DNA from: Tannerella sp.
GTDB taxonomy: Bacteria; Bacteroidota; Bacteroidia; Bacteroidales; Tannerellaceae
Assembly (NCBI GenBank): GCA_031271805.1
Contig: JAISUX010000033.1
Span: 224 to 64,223 of the forward strand
Length of the DNA stretch: 64,000 bases
Direction: 5' to 3'
Within the stretch, counting starts at the first letter, position 1. Each line of letters starts with the position of its first letter. Made by a program: the position numbers and the translations under genes. Shown here in pieces: positions 1 to 12,873 of the stretch. Under the pieces are notes generated by a model that worked only from the letters and a program-made list of their open reading frames with translations, was not told where the DNA came from and made no database searches.

Positions 1-1491
1 TCCTCGGCCTACTTTAAAAAGGGTGTTGACGGCTTCGCGTTTAGCGCGGGTGGAGACCATTTTTGTCAGGCCGCCAATCAGGCTGTTGTCTTTCTCGCGT
101 TTTTTCTGACGTTCGAGGCGTTCCTGTTCGCGTTGCTGTTGGATAGCCTGTTTTTCCTCCTCTTTATGGCGCACAAGCGCTTCGCGTTCCTGCTGTGCCT
201 TCCCGATACGCTCAGAGAGGATTTCGAAAGCCGATTCGCGGTCTATCGAGCGTTCGTACTTGCCGAATACCATAGAGGTTTGGATAATACGCTGGCGCTC
301 GTCGGCTGTGACAGGGCCGGCCTGGCCTTCGGGAGGAAGGACGAATGCACGCTCAACTATCGTCGGACTGCCTTTTTCGTCGAGGAAAGAGACGAGCGCC
401 TCGCCGACGCTCAGTTCGGTAATCGCTGTCCCTGTGTCAAATGACGGGTTCTGGCGGAAAGTCGATGCGGCGGTGGCAACGGCCTTCTGGTCACGAGGCG
501 TGAATGCCCTCAGGGCGTGCTGCACGCGGTTTCCCATCTGACCGAGAATGACTTCGGGAATGTCAAGCGGGTTCTGGGTGCAAAAATACACACCTACACC
601 CTTAGAGCGTATCAGCCTGACTACCTGTTCGATACGTTCAAGCAAAGGCTTGGAAATATCGTTAAACAGCATGTGAGCCTCGTCGAAGAAAAAGACAAGT
701 TTAGGTTTGTCCAAGTCGCCGACTTCGGGCAATACTTCAAAGAGTTCGGACAGGAGATAAAGCAGGAAAGAGGTATAAATCTTGGGCGAACGGATAAGTT
801 TATCCGCTTCGAGGATATTGATTACACCCTTGCCGCCTCGCGTCTGCATGAAATCGTAGATGTCGAGAGCCGGCTCACCGAAGAACTTATCGCCTCCCTG
901 GTCTTCGAGCGTCAGCAAGCCACGTTGAATGGCGCCGATGCTTGCAGGCGTGATATTACCGTGACTAACGGTAAATTTCGCTTTCTCGCTGCCGATATAT
1001 TCGAGCAGTTTACGAAGGTCTTTGAGGTCGAGTAAGAGGAGGTTTTCCTCGTCGGCAATACGGAAAGCTAAGGTCAAGACGCTGCTTTGAATATCGTTGA
1101 GATCAAGCAGGCGGCTGAACAGCAGCGGCCCCATCTCCGAGACCGTAGTCCGAAGCGGGTGCCCCTGTTCGCCGAAAATATCCCAAAAGCATACCGGAAA
1201 GCCTTTATATTCAAAGCCCCGCGCTAAGAGATTGTTAGCTTCCACACTCTTCTGCAGGTTGACGTTTCCGCCGCCTGCCTTACTGACGCCCGACAGGTCA
1301 CCCTTAATATCCGTCGCAAAAATAGGAACGCCCATACTGCTAAACGTCTCGGCCATGTTTTGCAACGTACAGGTCTTTCCCGTACCGGTCGCTCCGGTTA
1401 TCAATCCATGGCGATTCGCCATCTTGGGGACTATACATAAGTCCTTTTCATTTGTTACGGCTATAAGAGCCTTTTGTGAACTGTCGAACAT
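1..1491 (-). CDS. DUF853/HerA-like P-loop ATPase (YjgR family), 3' end cut by the window edge
   Basis: Not in the ORF track because there is no stop in the window. Manual translation from ATG at 1491 gives [40 protein letters not shown] (Walker A), and later FFDEAH (Walker B) and [19 protein letters not shown]. Confidence 0.88.
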   Translation of the reverse strand, partial: MFDSSQKALIAVTNEKDLCIVPKMANRHGLITGATGTGKTCTLQNMAETFSSMGVPIFATDIKGDLSGVSKAGGGNVNLQKSVEANNLLARGFEYKGFPVCFWDIFGEQGHPLRTTVSEMGPLLFSRLLDLNDIQSSVLTLAFRIADEENLLLLDLKDLRKLLEYIGSEKAKFTVSHGNITPASIGAIQRGLLTLEDQGGDKFFGEPALDIYDFMQTRGGKGVINILEADKLIRSPKIYTSFLLYLLSELFEVLPEVGDLDKPKLVFFFDEAHMLFNDISKPLLERIEQVVRLIRSKGVGVYFCTQNPLDIPEVILGQMGNRVQHALRAFTPRDQKAVATAASTFRQNPSFDTGTAITELSVGEALVSFLDEKGSPTIVERAFVLPPEGQAGPVTADERQRIIQTSMVFGKYERSIDRESAFEILSERIGKAQQEREALVRHKEEEKQAIQQQREQERLERQKKREKDNSLIGGLTKMVSTRAKREAVNTLFKVGRG

Positions 1492-1513
1492 GATATAAGT
1501 GGGTTAGAATGAA

Positions 1514-4500
1514 TTAGTCTTTAAATTCCATCTTGATGATATCCTCCCTTGAGCCGCGGACGCTCGAACGCAATGCGATATTACGTTCAAACTCATCCTT
1601 GGTGCCGACTATCAGGCGGTCGAACTCACGCTGCCCTGTTCCCGCCGGGATCAGGTGGCCGCAAATCACATTTTCCTTCAAGCCTTCGAGATGGTCGGTC
1701 TTACCGTTAATAGCGGCTTCGTTGAGCACCTTAGTAGTTTCCTGGAACGATGCGGCCGACATGAAACTCTGGGTCTGCAATGCGGCGCGGGTAATACCCT
1801 GCAGGATCTGTTGGGTAGTCGCTGGCACCGCATCGCGAGCCTGAACAAGCCTCAAGTCACGGCGTTTCAATTGGCTGTTCTCGTCTCTCAACTTGCGGGC
1901 GGTAACGATCTGACCGGCTGAGAAGTTTTGCGAATCTCCAGGCTCGACTATGACTTTCTTGCCCCAGATACGGTCGTTCTCGTCCATTACTTCGAGTTTG
2001 TCAACAGTCTGTTGCTCAAGGAAATGAGTATCACCAGGATCAACTATTTCGACCTTACGCATCATCTGACGCACGATAACCTCGAAATGTTTGTCGTTGA
2101 TCTTAACGCCCTGCAGACGGTAAACGTCCTGCACTTCGTTGACAATATATTCCTGAACGGCCGTCGGGCCTTTGATAGCAAGAATGTCGGCCGGCGTAAT
2201 CGCCCCGTCGGAAAGAGGCATACCGGCGCGAACATAGTCGTTCTCCTGGACAAGCAGTTGCTTCGACAGGGGCACCATGTATTTCTTTTCCTCACCCAGC
2301 TTGGAAGTGACGATAACTTCGCGGTTACCGCGTTTGATTTTGCCGAAAGTCACCTCACCGTCGATTTCGGAAACAATAGCCGGATTCGACGGGTTACGAG
2401 CCTCGAACAGCTCCGTCACACGAGGAAGACCACCGGTGATGTCGCCCGTCTTGCCTACCGCACGCGGTATCTTTACCAATACCTCGCCCGTCTTGACGTA
2501 ATCGCCGTCGGACTTGGTAAGGTGTGCGCCGAGAGGCAGCGAATATGTTTTCAACGGATTTTTCTCCTCATCGACAATAAGAGCCGAAGGAGCTTTGGTC
2601 TTGTCCTTCGATTCGATAATAATCATTTCTTTCAAGCCCGTTGTCTCGTCGCTTTCCACCTTGTAGGTAATGTTTTCTTCCATACTTTCGAAGACAATAG
2701 TACCATCGGCTTCGGCGATTATTACGGCGTTGAACGGATCCCATTCGATTATCTTGTCATTCTTTTTCACCATATCACCATTGGCGAAAAACAATTTCGA
2801 GCCGTAGGGGATATTGATGTTGTGAAGTATTATCTTCGTATTAGGCTCAACGACACGCATTTCGGCCAAGCGGCTAACGACGACATTGCATTTGTCGTCC
2901 ACAGAATAGACGGTGCGCAACTCGTCGATTTCGAGCAGTCCGTCGTATTTCGAGACGAGGCTGTTCTCCGTCGCTATGTTCGACGCGATACCACCAACGT
3001 GGAAGGTACGGAGCGTCAACTGCGTACCCGGCTCACCGATAGACTGTGCGGCTATGACGCCGACAACCTCGCCTTTCTGCACCATCCGGCCTGTCGCAAG
3101 GTTACGACCATAGCATTTGGCGCAGACGCCTTTCTTGGATTCGCAAGTGAGCACCGAACGAATCTCAACGCTTTCGATCGGCGAATCCTGAATTTCCTGA
3201 GCTTCTTTCTCGCGTATTTCCTCACCTGACTTGACAATGACCTTGCCCGTGATAGGGTGAATGACGTCGTGGACGGATACGCGGCCGAGTATTCTCTCAT
3301 ACAGGGTCGCGATGACTTCCTCGTTATTTTTCAGTTCGGAGCATGTCAGGCCGCGCAAGGTTCCGCAGTCGTCTTCGTTGACGATAACGTCATGCGACAC
3401 ATCGACAAGACGACGGGTAAGGTATCCTGCATCTGCCGTCTTCAAAGCCGTGTCAGCCAGACCTTTACGTGCGCCGTGGGTAGAAATGAAGTATTCGAGC
3501 ACCGACAAACCTTCCTTGAAGTTTGACAGAATCGGGTTTTCAATGATTTGACCGCCTTCGCTGCCGCTTTTTTGAGGTTTAGCCATCAAACCGCGCATAC
3601 CGGAAAGCTGGCGGATCTGTTCCTTAGAACCGCGCGCACCCGAATCCATCATCATATAAATGGAATTAAAACCGTCGTTGTCCTTGCTCAAATTGTCGAT
3701 AAGAATACTCGACAAACGGCTGTTGACATGCGTCCAGGTGTCGATAATCTGGTTGTAGCGCTCGTTGTTGGTGATGAAACCCATGCTATAGTTGGCCATT
3801 ATCTGCTCAACTTCGTCGTAGCCTTCATTCACCAAGTTGTCTTTCTCGTCGGGGATAACCACGTCGGCGAGGTTAAACGACAAACCGCCCTTGAATGCCA
3901 TGTAATATCCGAGATTCTTTATATCGTCGAGGAATACGCAAGTTCGGGCGACGCCACAATGCTTGATTACTTCGCTGATGATATCGCGCAAGGCTTTCTT
4001 GCCTAAAACTTCATTGACGAATCCTACTTCTTTAGGTATAAATTCGTTGACCATCAAGCGTCCCACACTCGTTTCGACAAGTTTTTTCACAAACTTTCCG
4101 CGATCGTCAACGTCATCAACATAGACTTTGATAATTGCGTGTATATCGAGTTTGCCCTCATTATAAGCGATTGTCGCCTCTTGAGGTCCGTAGAACGTCA
4201 GGCCTTCGCCCTTCATTCCCGAACGTATTTTGGTAATGTAATACAAGCCGAGCACCATGTCTTGCGAAGGCACGGTTATAGGCGCCCCATTAGCAGGGTT
4301 AAGTATGTTATGCGATGAGAGCATCAGCATTTGCGCTTCGAGGATAGCCTCGTTGCCGAGCGGAAGGTGAACCGCCATCTGGTCGCCGTCGAAGTCGGCA
4401 TTGAACGCCGTACATGCCAAGGGATGCAACTGGATTGCCTTACCCTCTATCATCTTAGGCTGGAAAGCCTGAATACCAAGGCGGTGCAAGGTCGGAGCAC

Positions 4501-5803
4501 GGTTCAGCAGAACCGGATGACCCTTCATCGCATATTCGAGGATATCCCAGACAACAGCGTCTTTGCGGTCTATCAGTTTCTTTGCCGATTTGACGGTTTT
4601 AACGATACCACGTTCTATTAACTTGCGGATAATAAACGGTTTATATAGTTCGGCCGCCATATCTTTCGGGATACCGCACTCGCCCATTTTAAGTTCCGGA
4701 CCGACAACGATAACCGAACGCGCCGAATAATCGACACGCTTACCGAGTAAGTTCTGACGGAAACGTCCTTGCTTGCCTTTCAGGCTGTCCGACAATGATT
4801 TAAGCGGACGGTTGGCTTCCGACTTGACTGCGCTTGATTTGCGCGAGTTGTCGAACAGCGAATCGACGGATTCCTGCAACATACGTTTCTCGTTGCGGAG
4901 AATCACCTCAGGCGCCTTAATATCAATGAGTTTCTTAAGCCTGTTATTTCTAATTATAACACGGCGATAGAGGTCATTGAGGTCGGAAGTGGCAAAGCGG
5001 CCGCCATCAAGGGGCACTAAAGGACGCAGTTCTGGAGGTATAACCGGAACAACTTTTACTATCATCCACTCCGGACGGTTGATGTTCTTCGACGCGCGGA
5101 ACGACTCGACGACCTGAAGACGCTTCAATGCTTCGTTCTTGCGTTGCTGAGAAGTATCGGTCATCGCGTGGTTACGCAAATCATACGACAGTTTGTCGAG
5201 GTCGAGGTGCACCAGCAAATCATAAATCGCTTCGGCGCCGATTTTCGCGATAAACTTATTCGGGTCGGTATCTTCGAGCGATTGGTTCTCCCTCGGCAGG
5301 TTATCTAAGATTTGCAGATATTCTTCCTCCGAAAGCAAATCCATATCGCCTACACTCTCAACACAACCGCGTTGTATGACAATATAGCGTTCGTAATAAA
5401 TTATTGCATCAAGTTTTTTCGTCGGCAAGCCTAATAAATAACCTATTTTGTTAGGCAGCGTGCGGAAATACCATATATGCGCGACCGGCACGACAAGGTG
5501 GATATGTCCGGTGCGTTCGCGGCGGACTTTCTTTTCGGTAACTTCGACGCCGCAACGGTCGCAAACTATGCCCTTGTAGCGGATTCTCTTGTATTTCCCG
5601 CAATAACATTCGTAGTTCTTGATCGGGCCAAAGATCCGTTCACAAAACAAGCCGTCGCGTTCGGGCTTGTAAGTGCGATAATTTATTGTTTCCGGCTTGA
5701 GCACTTCGCCATAAGAACTGTCGAGAATCTCTTCCGGCGAGGCCAAGCCTATAGTTATCTTCGTGAAGTCGCTCTTAACTTTTGTATCTTTTCTAAAAGC
5801 CAT
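1514..5803 (-). CDS. rpoC: RNA polymerase beta' subunit
   Basis: 1429 aa; NADFDGDQM catalytic motif; KPETINYRT; N-terminal zinc-binding cysteines. Confidence 0.99.
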   Translation of the reverse strand: MAFRKDTKVKSDFTKITIGLASPEEILDSSYGEVLKPETINYRTYKPERDGLFCERIFGPIKNYECYCGKYKRIRYKGIVCDRCGVEVTEKKVRRERTGHIHLVVPVAHIWYFRTLPNKIGYLLGLPTKKLDAIIYYERYIVIQRGCVESVGDMDLLSEEEYLQILDNLPRENQSLEDTDPNKFIAKIGAEAIYDLLVHLDLDKLSYDLRNHAMTDTSQQRKNEALKRLQVVESFRASKNINRPEWMIVKVVPVIPPELRPLVPLDGGRFATSDLNDLYRRVIIRNNRLKKLIDIKAPEVILRNEKRMLQESVDSLFDNSRKSSAVKSEANRPLKSLSDSLKGKQGRFRQNLLGKRVDYSARSVIVVGPELKMGECGIPKDMAAELYKPFIIRKLIERGIVKTVKSAKKLIDRKDAVVWDILEYAMKGHPVLLNRAPTLHRLGIQAFQPKMIEGKAIQLHPLACTAFNADFDGDQMAVHLPLGNEAILEAQMLMLSSHNILNPANGAPITVPSQDMVLGLYYITKIRSGMKGEGLTFYGPQEATIAYNEGKLDIHAIIKVYVDDVDDRGKFVKKLVETSVGRLMVNEFIPKEVGFVNEVLGKKALRDIISEVIKHCGVARTCVFLDDIKNLGYYMAFKGGLSFNLADVVIPDEKDNLVNEGYDEVEQIMANYSMGFITNNERYNQIIDTWTHVNSRLSSILIDNLSKDNDGFNSIYMMMDSGARGSKEQIRQLSGMRGLMAKPQKSGSEGGQIIENPILSNFKEGLSVLEYFISTHGARKGLADTALKTADAGYLTRRLVDVSHDVIVNEDDCGTLRGLTCSELKNNEEVIATLYERILGRVSVHDVIHPITGKVIVKSGEEIREKEAQEIQDSPIESVEIRSVLTCESKKGVCAKCYGRNLATGRMVQKGEVVGVIAAQSIGEPGTQLTLRTFHVGGIASNIATENSLVSKYDGLLEIDELRTVYSVDDKCNVVVSRLAEMRVVEPNTKIILHNINIPYGSKLFFANGDMVKKNDKIIEWDPFNAVIIAEADGTIVFESMEENITYKVESDETTGLKEMIIIESKDKTKAPSALIVDEEKNPLKTYSLPLGAHLTKSDGDYVKTGEVLVKIPRAVGKTGDITGGLPRVTELFEARNPSNPAIVSEIDGEVTFGKIKRGNREVIVTSKLGEEKKYMVPLSKQLLVQENDYVRAGMPLSDGAITPADILAIKGPTAVQEYIVNEVQDVYRLQGVKINDKHFEVIVRQMMRKVEIVDPGDTHFLEQQTVDKLEVMDENDRIWGKKVIVEPGDSQNFSAGQIVTARKLRDENSQLKRRDLRLVQARDAVPATTQQILQGITRAALQTQSFMSAASFQETTKVLNEAAINGKTDHLEGLKENVICGHLIPAGTGQREFDRLIVGTKDEFERNIALRSSVRGSREDIIKMEFKD

Positions 5804-5828
5804 AAATTACTGATTTACAAAGAGTTAA

Positions 5829-8800
5829 TTATTCCATTGTGAAACTCAAACACAAACCTCTCAATTCGTGAAGCAGGACATTCAGGGATTCGGGAATACC
5901 GGCTTTGGGCATTGGATCGCCCTTAACGATAGCCTCGTATGTCTTAGAACGTCCGACCACATCATCGGATTTGACGGTAAGTATTTCCTGAAGGATATGC
6001 GCTGCGCCGAACGCCTCGATAGCCCATACTTCCATTTCCCCGAAGCGTTGGCCGCCGAATTGCGCCTTTCCTCCGAGAGGTTGCTGGGTGATAAGCGAAT
6101 ACGGGCCGGTCGAACGGGCATGCATCTTGTCATCGACCATGTGGCCGAGTTTCAAAAAGTAAGTTACGCCGACGGTCGCCGGTTGGTCGAATCGCTCGCC
6201 CGTACCGCCGTCGTAGAGGTAGGTCTTACCATAGCGCGGGAGGCCGGCCTTATCCGTCCAGGCATTTAAATCATCGAGCGAAGCGCCGTCGAAAATCGGC
6301 GTAGCGAATTTTTCGCCGATGACCTGCCCTGCCCAACCAAGCACAGCTTCAAAAATCTGCCCAAGGTTCATACGCGAAGGCACACCAAGCGGGTTGAGGC
6401 ATATATCAACGGGAGTGCCGTCTTCGAGGAACGGCATGTCTTCCTGACGTACTATCTTTGAAACGATACCTTTATTGCCGTGACGCCCTGCCATCTTGTC
6501 GCCTACCGAAATCTTGCGCTTCTTAGCCACATAAACTTTGGCAATCTGGATGATGCCGGTCGGCAACTCGTCGCCAATGGTCAGGTCGAACTTCTTACGT
6601 TTCAGTTCGGCGTCCATCTCTTTATGCTTCTTCAAATAATTGACAACGGTATTCTTGATCATATCGTTGATACGGCTGTCGGTAGTCCACTTGCTGACCT
6701 GAATTGTGTTATAATCAATCTCTTCAAGCGATCTTTTTATGAATTTCGTCCCTTTGGCTATCACTTCGGCGTTAAGCGAATCTTTTACGCCTTGAGACGT
6801 TTTACCGCTTGTCAGCACCATCAATTTGTCAATAAGTTTTGACTTCAATTCGGCCATTTTGCCTTCGTACTCTTCTTCGATTTTCGCGATAAGCGTCTTT
6901 TCGGCCTGCTGATTGCTTTTTTTCTTGATGTTGCGCGAGAACAAACTCGTTTCTATAACAACGCCATGCAACGAAGGCGTAGCTTTCAGGGAGGCGTCCT
7001 TGACGTCGCCGGCCTTGTCGCCGAAGATTGCGCGAAGCAGTTTTTCTTCGGGAGAAGGGTCGGATTCGCCTTTAGGAGTGATCTTTCCGATGAGGATATC
7101 CCCCGGATTGATACGCGCCCCTACCCTGACGATACCACGACTGTCAAGATTCTTTATCGCATCTTCACTGACGTTGGGTATATCGGATGTAAGTTCTTCC
7201 ATACCACGCTTCGTTTCGCGGACTTCGAGGATATATTCGTCAACATGAACCGACGTGAATATGTCGTCGCGCACGATACGTTCGTTCAGCACAACAGCAT
7301 CTTCATAGTTGTAACCCTTCCAGGGCATATAAGCAACCTTAACGTTGCGCCCAAGGGCGAGTTCGCCGTTTTGAATGGAATATCCTTCGGTGAGGATTTC
7401 ACCTTTTTCTATACGTTGACCACGCACGCAAATCGGTCGCAAATCGACCGTCGTGCTTTGATTCGTCTTTCTCCATTTCGGGATATTATATGTCTTTATA
7501 GAATCCTCGAAACTGACAAATTCTTCGTCTTCCGTGCGGTCGTATTTCACTTTTATCGTCGTTGCATCGACATAAATCACTTCTCCGTCGCCTTCCGACA
7601 TTATCTGAGTGCGCGAATCACGAGCCACTTGCGATTCTATTCCGGTGCCGACTATCGGCGATTCGGAATGAACGAGCGGCACAGCCTGACGCATCATGTT
7701 CGACCCCATCAACGCACGGTTGGCGTCATCGTGCTCGAGGAAAGGAATCAAGGCCGCTGCAATCGAGGCTATCTGCGTCGGCGCAACGTCCATAAGCGAT
7801 ACTTCTTCGGGCGATACTACGGGAAAATCGGCTTCATACCTCGCTTTTACCTTGTCGCGGACGAATCGTCCGTGCTCGTCTAAGGGCGCATTTCCCTGAG
7901 CCACGATTTTCGATTCTTCTTCCTCGGCAGTATAATAATTGAGGGCGGCCGGAGAGAAATCGACTACTCCGCCATCGACCTTGCGATAAGGCGTAGTGAT
8001 AAATCCCAAGTCGTTTATTTTAGCGTAAACGCAAAGCGAAGAAATCAAGCCGATGTTCGGCCCTTCAGGCGTCTCTATCGGGCACAGGCGTCCGTAATGG
8101 GTGTAGTGCACGTCGCGGACTTCAAATCCTGCACGTTCACGCGACAATCCGCCCGGTCCCAAAGCCGACAAACGACGTTTATGCGTTATCTCGGCCAAAG
8201 GATTTGTCTGATCCATAAACTGCGAGAGCGCATTTGTCCCGAAGAACGAATTGACAACCGAAGAAATCGTTTTGGCATTAACCAAGTCGATAGGCGTAAA
8301 CACCTCATTATCACGCACATTCATACGCTCGCGCACCGTACGCGCCATACGAGCAAGACCTATACCGAATTGGTTATAGAGTTGTTCGCCGACAGTACGC
8401 ACGCGCCTGTTGCTCAAATGGTCGATATCATCTACCACAGCCTTCGAGTTGATAAGCTGGATGAGATACTTGATAATTTCGATAATATCTTCTTTAGTAA
8501 GGACTTTTATATCTTCACTAATATGAAGGTTCAGTTTCCTGTTGATACGGAAACGTCCCACATCACCAAGGTCATAACGCTTTTCGGAGAAGAAAAGATT
8601 GGTTATGACTTCGTGTGCGCTTGTTTCGTCGGCAGGCTCGGCGTTACGCAATTGGCGATAAATATACAACACAGCCTCCTTTTCGGAATTACTGGGGTCT
8701 TTTTGCAAAGTGTTGTAGATAATAGCGTAATCATTAAGATTCTGGTCTTCGCGGTGCAGCAAGAGGTTTTGCGTCCCAGATTCCAGTATAACGTCGATAT

Positions 8801-9641
8801 TTTCTTTTGTGATGACCTCTTCGCGGTCGATTACGACGTCGTTACGCTCGATCGACACAACTTCGCCGGTATCCTCATCGACAAAGTCTTCAACCCAGGT
8901 ACGCAATACGCGGGCTGCGAGTTTACGCCCGATATGATTATTTAATATTGTCCGCGTAACTTCAATTTCTTCGGCGAGATTGAATATTTCGAGAATATCC
9001 TTATCATTCTCGAAGCCAATAGCCCGAAGCAACGTTGTGACCGGAAGTTTCTTCTTACGGTCGATATATGCGTACATCACGTTATTGATGTCGGTAGCAA
9101 ATTCTATCCACGAGCCTTTGAAAGGTATGATTCGCGCGGAATAGAGTTTTGTCCCGTTGGCATGGACGCTTTGCCCGAAAAACACGCCGGGTGAACGGTG
9201 GAGTTGCGACACAACTACACGCTCAGCGCCATTGATGATGAACGTACCGCGGTTAGTCATGTAGGGAATCGGGCCGAGATAGACGTCCTGAATAACCGTA
9301 TCGAAGTCCTCGTGTTCGGGATCGGTACAGTATAATTTCATTTTAGCCTTCAACGGTACGCTATAAGTCAATCCGCGAGCGATACACTCTTCCATCGAGT
9401 AACGCGGCGGATCGAGATAATAATCAAGAAATTCCAACACAAAGTTGTTACGAGTGTCGGCAATAGGAAAGTTTTCGGTAAAAACCTTATAAAGCCCCTC
9501 TTTTTTCCTTTTTTCGGGGGGCATGTCTAATTGCAGAAAGTCTTGAAATGACTTCAATTGCACTTCGAGGAAATCAGGATACGGTAATTGATCCTTTATC
9601 GAAGCAAAGTTTATTCGTTTTGTTTTAGTTGTTGAAGACAT
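5829..9641 (-). CDS. rpoB: RNA polymerase beta subunit
   Basis: 1270 aa; [21 protein letters not shown] and [18 protein letters not shown] motifs. Confidence 0.99.
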   Translation of the reverse strand: MSSTTKTKRINFASIKDQLPYPDFLEVQLKSFQDFLQLDMPPEKRKKEGLYKVFTENFPIADTRNNFVLEFLDYYLDPPRYSMEECIARGLTYSVPLKAKMKLYCTDPEHEDFDTVIQDVYLGPIPYMTNRGTFIINGAERVVVSQLHRSPGVFFGQSVHANGTKLYSARIIPFKGSWIEFATDINNVMYAYIDRKKKLPVTTLLRAIGFENDKDILEIFNLAEEIEVTRTILNNHIGRKLAARVLRTWVEDFVDEDTGEVVSIERNDVVIDREEVITKENIDVILESGTQNLLLHREDQNLNDYAIIYNTLQKDPSNSEKEAVLYIYRQLRNAEPADETSAHEVITNLFFSEKRYDLGDVGRFRINRKLNLHISEDIKVLTKEDIIEIIKYLIQLINSKAVVDDIDHLSNRRVRTVGEQLYNQFGIGLARMARTVRERMNVRDNEVFTPIDLVNAKTISSVVNSFFGTNALSQFMDQTNPLAEITHKRRLSALGPGGLSRERAGFEVRDVHYTHYGRLCPIETPEGPNIGLISSLCVYAKINDLGFITTPYRKVDGGVVDFSPAALNYYTAEEEESKIVAQGNAPLDEHGRFVRDKVKARYEADFPVVSPEEVSLMDVAPTQIASIAAALIPFLEHDDANRALMGSNMMRQAVPLVHSESPIVGTGIESQVARDSRTQIMSEGDGEVIYVDATTIKVKYDRTEDEEFVSFEDSIKTYNIPKWRKTNQSTTVDLRPICVRGQRIEKGEILTEGYSIQNGELALGRNVKVAYMPWKGYNYEDAVVLNERIVRDDIFTSVHVDEYILEVRETKRGMEELTSDIPNVSEDAIKNLDSRGIVRVGARINPGDILIGKITPKGESDPSPEEKLLRAIFGDKAGDVKDASLKATPSLHGVVIETSLFSRNIKKKSNQQAEKTLIAKIEEEYEGKMAELKSKLIDKLMVLTSGKTSQGVKDSLNAEVIAKGTKFIKRSLEEIDYNTIQVSKWTTDSRINDMIKNTVVNYLKKHKEMDAELKRKKFDLTIGDELPTGIIQIAKVYVAKKRKISVGDKMAGRHGNKGIVSKIVRQEDMPFLEDGTPVDICLNPLGVPSRMNLGQIFEAVLGWAGQVIGEKFATPIFDGASLDDLNAWTDKAGLPRYGKTYLYDGGTGERFDQPATVGVTYFLKLGHMVDDKMHARSTGPYSLITQQPLGGKAQFGGQRFGEMEVWAIEAFGAAHILQEILTVKSDDVVGRSKTYEAIVKGDPMPKAGIPESLNVLLHELRGLCLSFTME

Positions 9642-9684
9642 CTGTTGTAGGAATTAAGTGAACTGAAAAAAAATAGACACAAAA

Positions 9685-9719
9685 GGTTAAGAACCTCTCT
9701 TTGACAGAGGTTCTTAACC
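9685..9719 (-). terminator. Intrinsic terminator/attenuator between rplL and rpoB
   Basis: 14-bp stem GGTTAAGAACCTCT/AGAGGTTCTTAACC followed on the minus strand by TTTTGTG and a T run. Confidence 0.75.
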
Positions 9720-9747
9720 AATCACCTGCGCAGCAGGACAATATGAA

Positions 9748-10122
9748 CTATTTAAGTTCAACTTCGGCTCCTGCTTCTTCCAATTTCTTCTTAATATCTT
9801 CAGCATCAGCCTTAGCAACGCCTTCCTTTACATTTCCGGGTGCGCCGTCAACCAAATCCTTTGCTTCTTTCAAGCCAAGGCCGGTCAATTCCTTAACCAA
9901 CTTGACAACAGCCAACTTTTGTGCACCTGCTGATTTGAGCACTACGTCGAATTGAGTTTTCTCTTCAACTTCGGCTGCACCACCAGCGGCAGGAGCAGCA
10001 ACGGCCACAGCCGCAGCAGCCGGCTCAATGCCGTACTCTTCCTTAAGTATGGTTGCCAATTCATTTACCTCTTTAACGGTAAGACTCACTAATTGTTCTG
10101 CAAAAGCTTTTAAATCTGCCAT
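9748..10122 (-). CDS. rplL: 50S ribosomal protein L7/L12
   Basis: [23 protein letters not shown] and [11 protein letters not shown]; position in the operon. Confidence 0.99.
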   Translation of the reverse strand: MADLKAFAEQLVSLTVKEVNELATILKEEYGIEPAAAAVAVAAPAAGGAAEVEEKTQFDVVLKSAGAQKLAVVKLVKELTGLGLKEAKDLVDGAPGNVKEGVAKADAEDIKKKLEEAGAEVELK

Positions 10123-10183
10123 TTTCTTATAAATTAAAATTTTGTTTTTAAATCTGTAATGTTTGAGATTAAATCTAAAATCT

Positions 10184-10723
10184 TCAAGCCGTTCTCTCTT
10201 CGAGCGTCTTTAAGATTCCGTGTATCAACTGTCCGCTATTAGCTTGCAATGCCGAGATAACGTTCTTCGCCGGCGACTGCAACAGCATGATGATGTCGCC
10301 AACGAGTTCTTCCTTGCTCTTGATTGTCGCCAATGCTTCGAGGTCGGTTGCCTTGTAAAAACATTCCTGCACGTAGGCGCCCTTGAGTTTGGGCTTCCCC
10401 TCCTCGCCTTTCTTTACGTCTTTCGTAAATTCTTTTATCAGGCGAGCCGGGGTGTTGGCTACGTTTGCAAACATTATTGCGGTGTTACCCTTCAATACAC
10501 TGAATAATTCCGAGTAATCGGTGCCTTCAATACTATCCATCGCCTTGCGAAGCAAAGTATTTTTTACTACAACGAGTTTGACATCCTGCTTGAAACATTC
10601 TCTCCTCAACTTACTTGTCTTTTCGGCATTCAAGGCCTCAATATCGGTAAGATACATGTGGGGATATTGCTTCAGGTATTCCGTCAGCTCGCTAATGATA
10701 TTGCTCTTATCTTCCTTTTTCAT
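10184..10723 (-). CDS. rplJ: 50S ribosomal protein L10
   Basis: VVKNTLL motif; lies between rplA and rplL. Confidence 0.98.
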   Translation of the reverse strand: MKKEDKSNIISELTEYLKQYPHMYLTDIEALNAEKTSKLRRECFKQDVKLVVVKNTLLRKAMDSIEGTDYSELFSVLKGNTAIMFANVANTPARLIKEFTKDVKKGEEGKPKLKGAYVQECFYKATDLEALATIKSKEELVGDIIMLLQSPAKNVISALQANSGQLIHGILKTLEERTA

Positions 10724-10743
10724 CGTTTCAAAATTTTTTGTTA

Positions 10744-11439
10744 TTAATCTTCAACCGACTTCGGGTCAATTTTAATACCCGGACTCATCGTCGAGGACAG
10801 ATAAATGCTTTTTAAATAAGTACCTTTGGCGGCGGAAGGTTTCAGTTTCAACAGTGTCGAAATAAATTCCTTCGCGTTTTCATATATCTTCTCCGGCTCG
10901 AATGAAGACTTGCCTATCGAAGAATGAACTATTCCGGTTCTATCGACTTTGAAGTCGATTTTACCTTGTTTCACTTCCTTGACGGCCTGTCCTATATCGT
11001 TTGTTACCGTACCGCTTTTGGGGTTCGGCATCAAACCGCGCGGGCCTAATATACGTCCTAATGCACCTATTTTTCCCATAATGGAAGGCATCGTAATAAT
11101 GATGTCTATGTCGGTCCAACCACCTTTGATCTTATCGACATATTCATCAAGTCCGACATAATCGGCGCCGGCATCTTTTGCCTCGGCTTCTTTGTCGGGA
11201 GTACATAACGCAAGAACCCTTGTTACTTTTCCGGTTCCGTGTGGTAAGGAAACAACGCCCCTCACCATTTGGTTCGACTTGCGGGGATCAACTCCGAGAC
11301 GGACGTCTATATCGACGGAGGCATCAAACTTTGTCAATGTTATTTCCTTGACTAATGCCGATGCATCTTTCAATGTATAAACTTTCCCGGTCTCAATCTT
11401 GCCCGTAGCCAACTTCTGATTTTTTGTTAATTTACTCAT
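10744..11439 (-). CDS. rplA: 50S ribosomal protein L1
   Basis: [16 protein letters not shown] and SSTMSPG. Confidence 0.99.
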   Translation of the reverse strand: MSKLTKNQKLATGKIETGKVYTLKDASALVKEITLTKFDASVDIDVRLGVDPRKSNQMVRGVVSLPHGTGKVTRVLALCTPDKEAEAKDAGADYVGLDEYVDKIKGGWTDIDIIITMPSIMGKIGALGRILGPRGLMPNPKSGTVTNDIGQAVKEVKQGKIDFKVDRTGIVHSSIGKSSFEPEKIYENAKEFISTLLKLKPSAAKGTYLKSIYLSSTMSPGIKIDPKSVED

Positions 11440-11462
11440 CTTCTTCTTGACTTTTTTACTGG

Positions 11463-11906
11463 TTAATTAATTTCCGGGAACGTCCCCTTTACAGTGATAC
11501 CCATGCTTCGCGCTGTCCCGGCCACCATTCGCATGGCGCTCTCGACGGTGAAGCAGTTCAAATCGACTATCTTGTCTTCTGCGATTTGTTTAACCGCGTC
11601 CCAAGTGACTTCGGCAACCTTCTTACGGTTCGGTTCGGCTGAACCGCCCTTCAGTTTGGCAGCCTCAAGCAATTGGATTGCGACAGGAGGCGTCTTAACA
11701 ACAAAGTCGAACGATTTGTCGGTGTAATACGTGATCACTACCGGCAAAACCTTTCCGCCCTTGTCCTGGGTCCTGGCGTTGAATTGCTTACAAAACTCCA
11801 TAATGTTAATACCCTTCGAACCTAATGCAGGCCCTACGGGGGGGGAAGGATTTGCTGCTCCCCCTTTAATCTGCAACTTAATTTGTCCAGCAATTTCTTT
11901 AGCCAT
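11463..11906 (-). CDS. rplK: 50S ribosomal protein L11
   Basis: [12 protein letters not shown] and GTARSMG. Confidence 0.99.
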   Translation of the reverse strand: MAKEIAGQIKLQIKGGAANPSPPVGPALGSKGINIMEFCKQFNARTQDKGGKVLPVVITYYTDKSFDFVVKTPPVAIQLLEAAKLKGGSAEPNRKKVAEVTWDAVKQIAEDKIVDLNCFTVESAMRMVAGTARSMGITVKGTFPEIN

Positions 11907-11971
11907 TTTACTTGATTTTTAACTTATATAAATAATAACTTAAAAGAAACAGTCTTTCCGTAACAAAAGGC

Positions 11972-12532
11972 TCATTCCTTCTCAACTTGTTCATAACTCA
12001 ACTCAAGCGGGGTCTTGCGTCCGAAGATTTTGACCATCACTTTGAGTTTCTTCTTTTCCGCATTGAGCTCCTCTATTACACCTTTGAAACCATTGAACGG
12101 ACCATAGGTCACATTCACCGTTTCGCCTGTATAATATTGAATATCAATCTTTTCCTCTTGCTCCTGCAGTTCGTCGAACGAGCCTAACACTCGATTGACT
12201 TCGGAAGGACGCAGAGGGACCGGGTTTTCAAGACCGCCCAGAAAGCCTAACACATTAGGCACATTCCTCAAACGGTGAGCCACCTCGCCTACCAAATTAG
12301 CCTCAACTAATACGTAGCCGGGTAAATAAGCGCGTTCTTTAAGCACTTTTTTGCCGTTACGCATAACGTAAGTCTTCTCGGTAGGTATTAGCACCTGCAA
12401 TACGTATTGCCCCAAATCCGAATTTTTCATTTCGGACTCTATATACTCGCGCACCTTATTCTCCTTCCCGCTGATAGCGCGAAGGACGTAAAACTTGGCT
12501 TGCGATTCTGTTTTGGGCTGTTCGTCTGACAT
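11972..12532 (-). CDS. nusG: Transcription termination/antitermination factor NusG
   Basis: NGN domain (LPGYVLV) plus KOW domain (GPFNGFKG, IFGRKTPLEL); downstream of secE. Confidence 0.98.
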   Translation of the reverse strand: MSDEQPKTESQAKFYVLRAISGKENKVREYIESEMKNSDLGQYVLQVLIPTEKTYVMRNGKKVLKERAYLPGYVLVEANLVGEVAHRLRNVPNVLGFLGGLENPVPLRPSEVNRVLGSFDELQEQEEKIDIQYYTGETVNVTYGPFNGFKGVIEELNAEKKKLKVMVKIFGRKTPLELSYEQVEKE

Positions 12533-12538
12533 GTCTTT

Positions 12539-12730
12539 TTAAATTATGTCGTAAATAAATCGCATCGCATGCTCGAAAACGAAATCGATAGCAAAAACTA
12601 CTAACGCTATGATTATGGAAGCAAATAAAACAACCACAGCGCTGTTTGACAGTTCTACCCTCGTCGGCCAGGAAACTTTATGTACAAGTTCGTTGTATGA
12701 ATCTTTACAATACTTTATTATCTTCTTCAT
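12539..12730 (-). CDS. secE: Preprotein translocase subunit SecE
   Basis: ELVHKVSWPT followed by a single TM helix. Confidence 0.96.
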   Translation of the reverse strand: MKKIIKYCKDSYNELVHKVSWPTRVELSNSAVVVLFASIIIALVVFAIDFVFEHAMRFIYDII

Positions 12731-12752
12731 CGAATGATTATATTTAATCTTG

Positions 12753-12825
12753 CACGGAAGGTAAGGCTCGAACTCACGACCCTCGGTTTTGGAGACCGAT
12801 GCTCTACCGACTGAGCTACTTCCGT
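12753..12825 (-). tRNA. tRNA-Trp(CCA)
   Basis: ACGGAAG acceptor stem pairs with CTTCCGT; anticodon loop CTCCAAA; GTTCGAG T-loop; canonical tuf-tRNA-Trp-secE position. Confidence 0.96.
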
Positions 12826-12829
12826 GTAA

Positions 12830-12866
12830 ATGACCGGCATATCCCTGTTCGGGAATAGCCGGTCAT
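12830..12866 (-). terminator. Hairpin between tuf and tRNA-Trp (terminator or processing stem)
   Basis: Inverted repeat ATGACCGGC...GCCGGTCAT with an inner TCCC/GGGA stem; only a short T tail. Confidence 0.5.
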
Positions 12867-12873
12867 GATTTTT

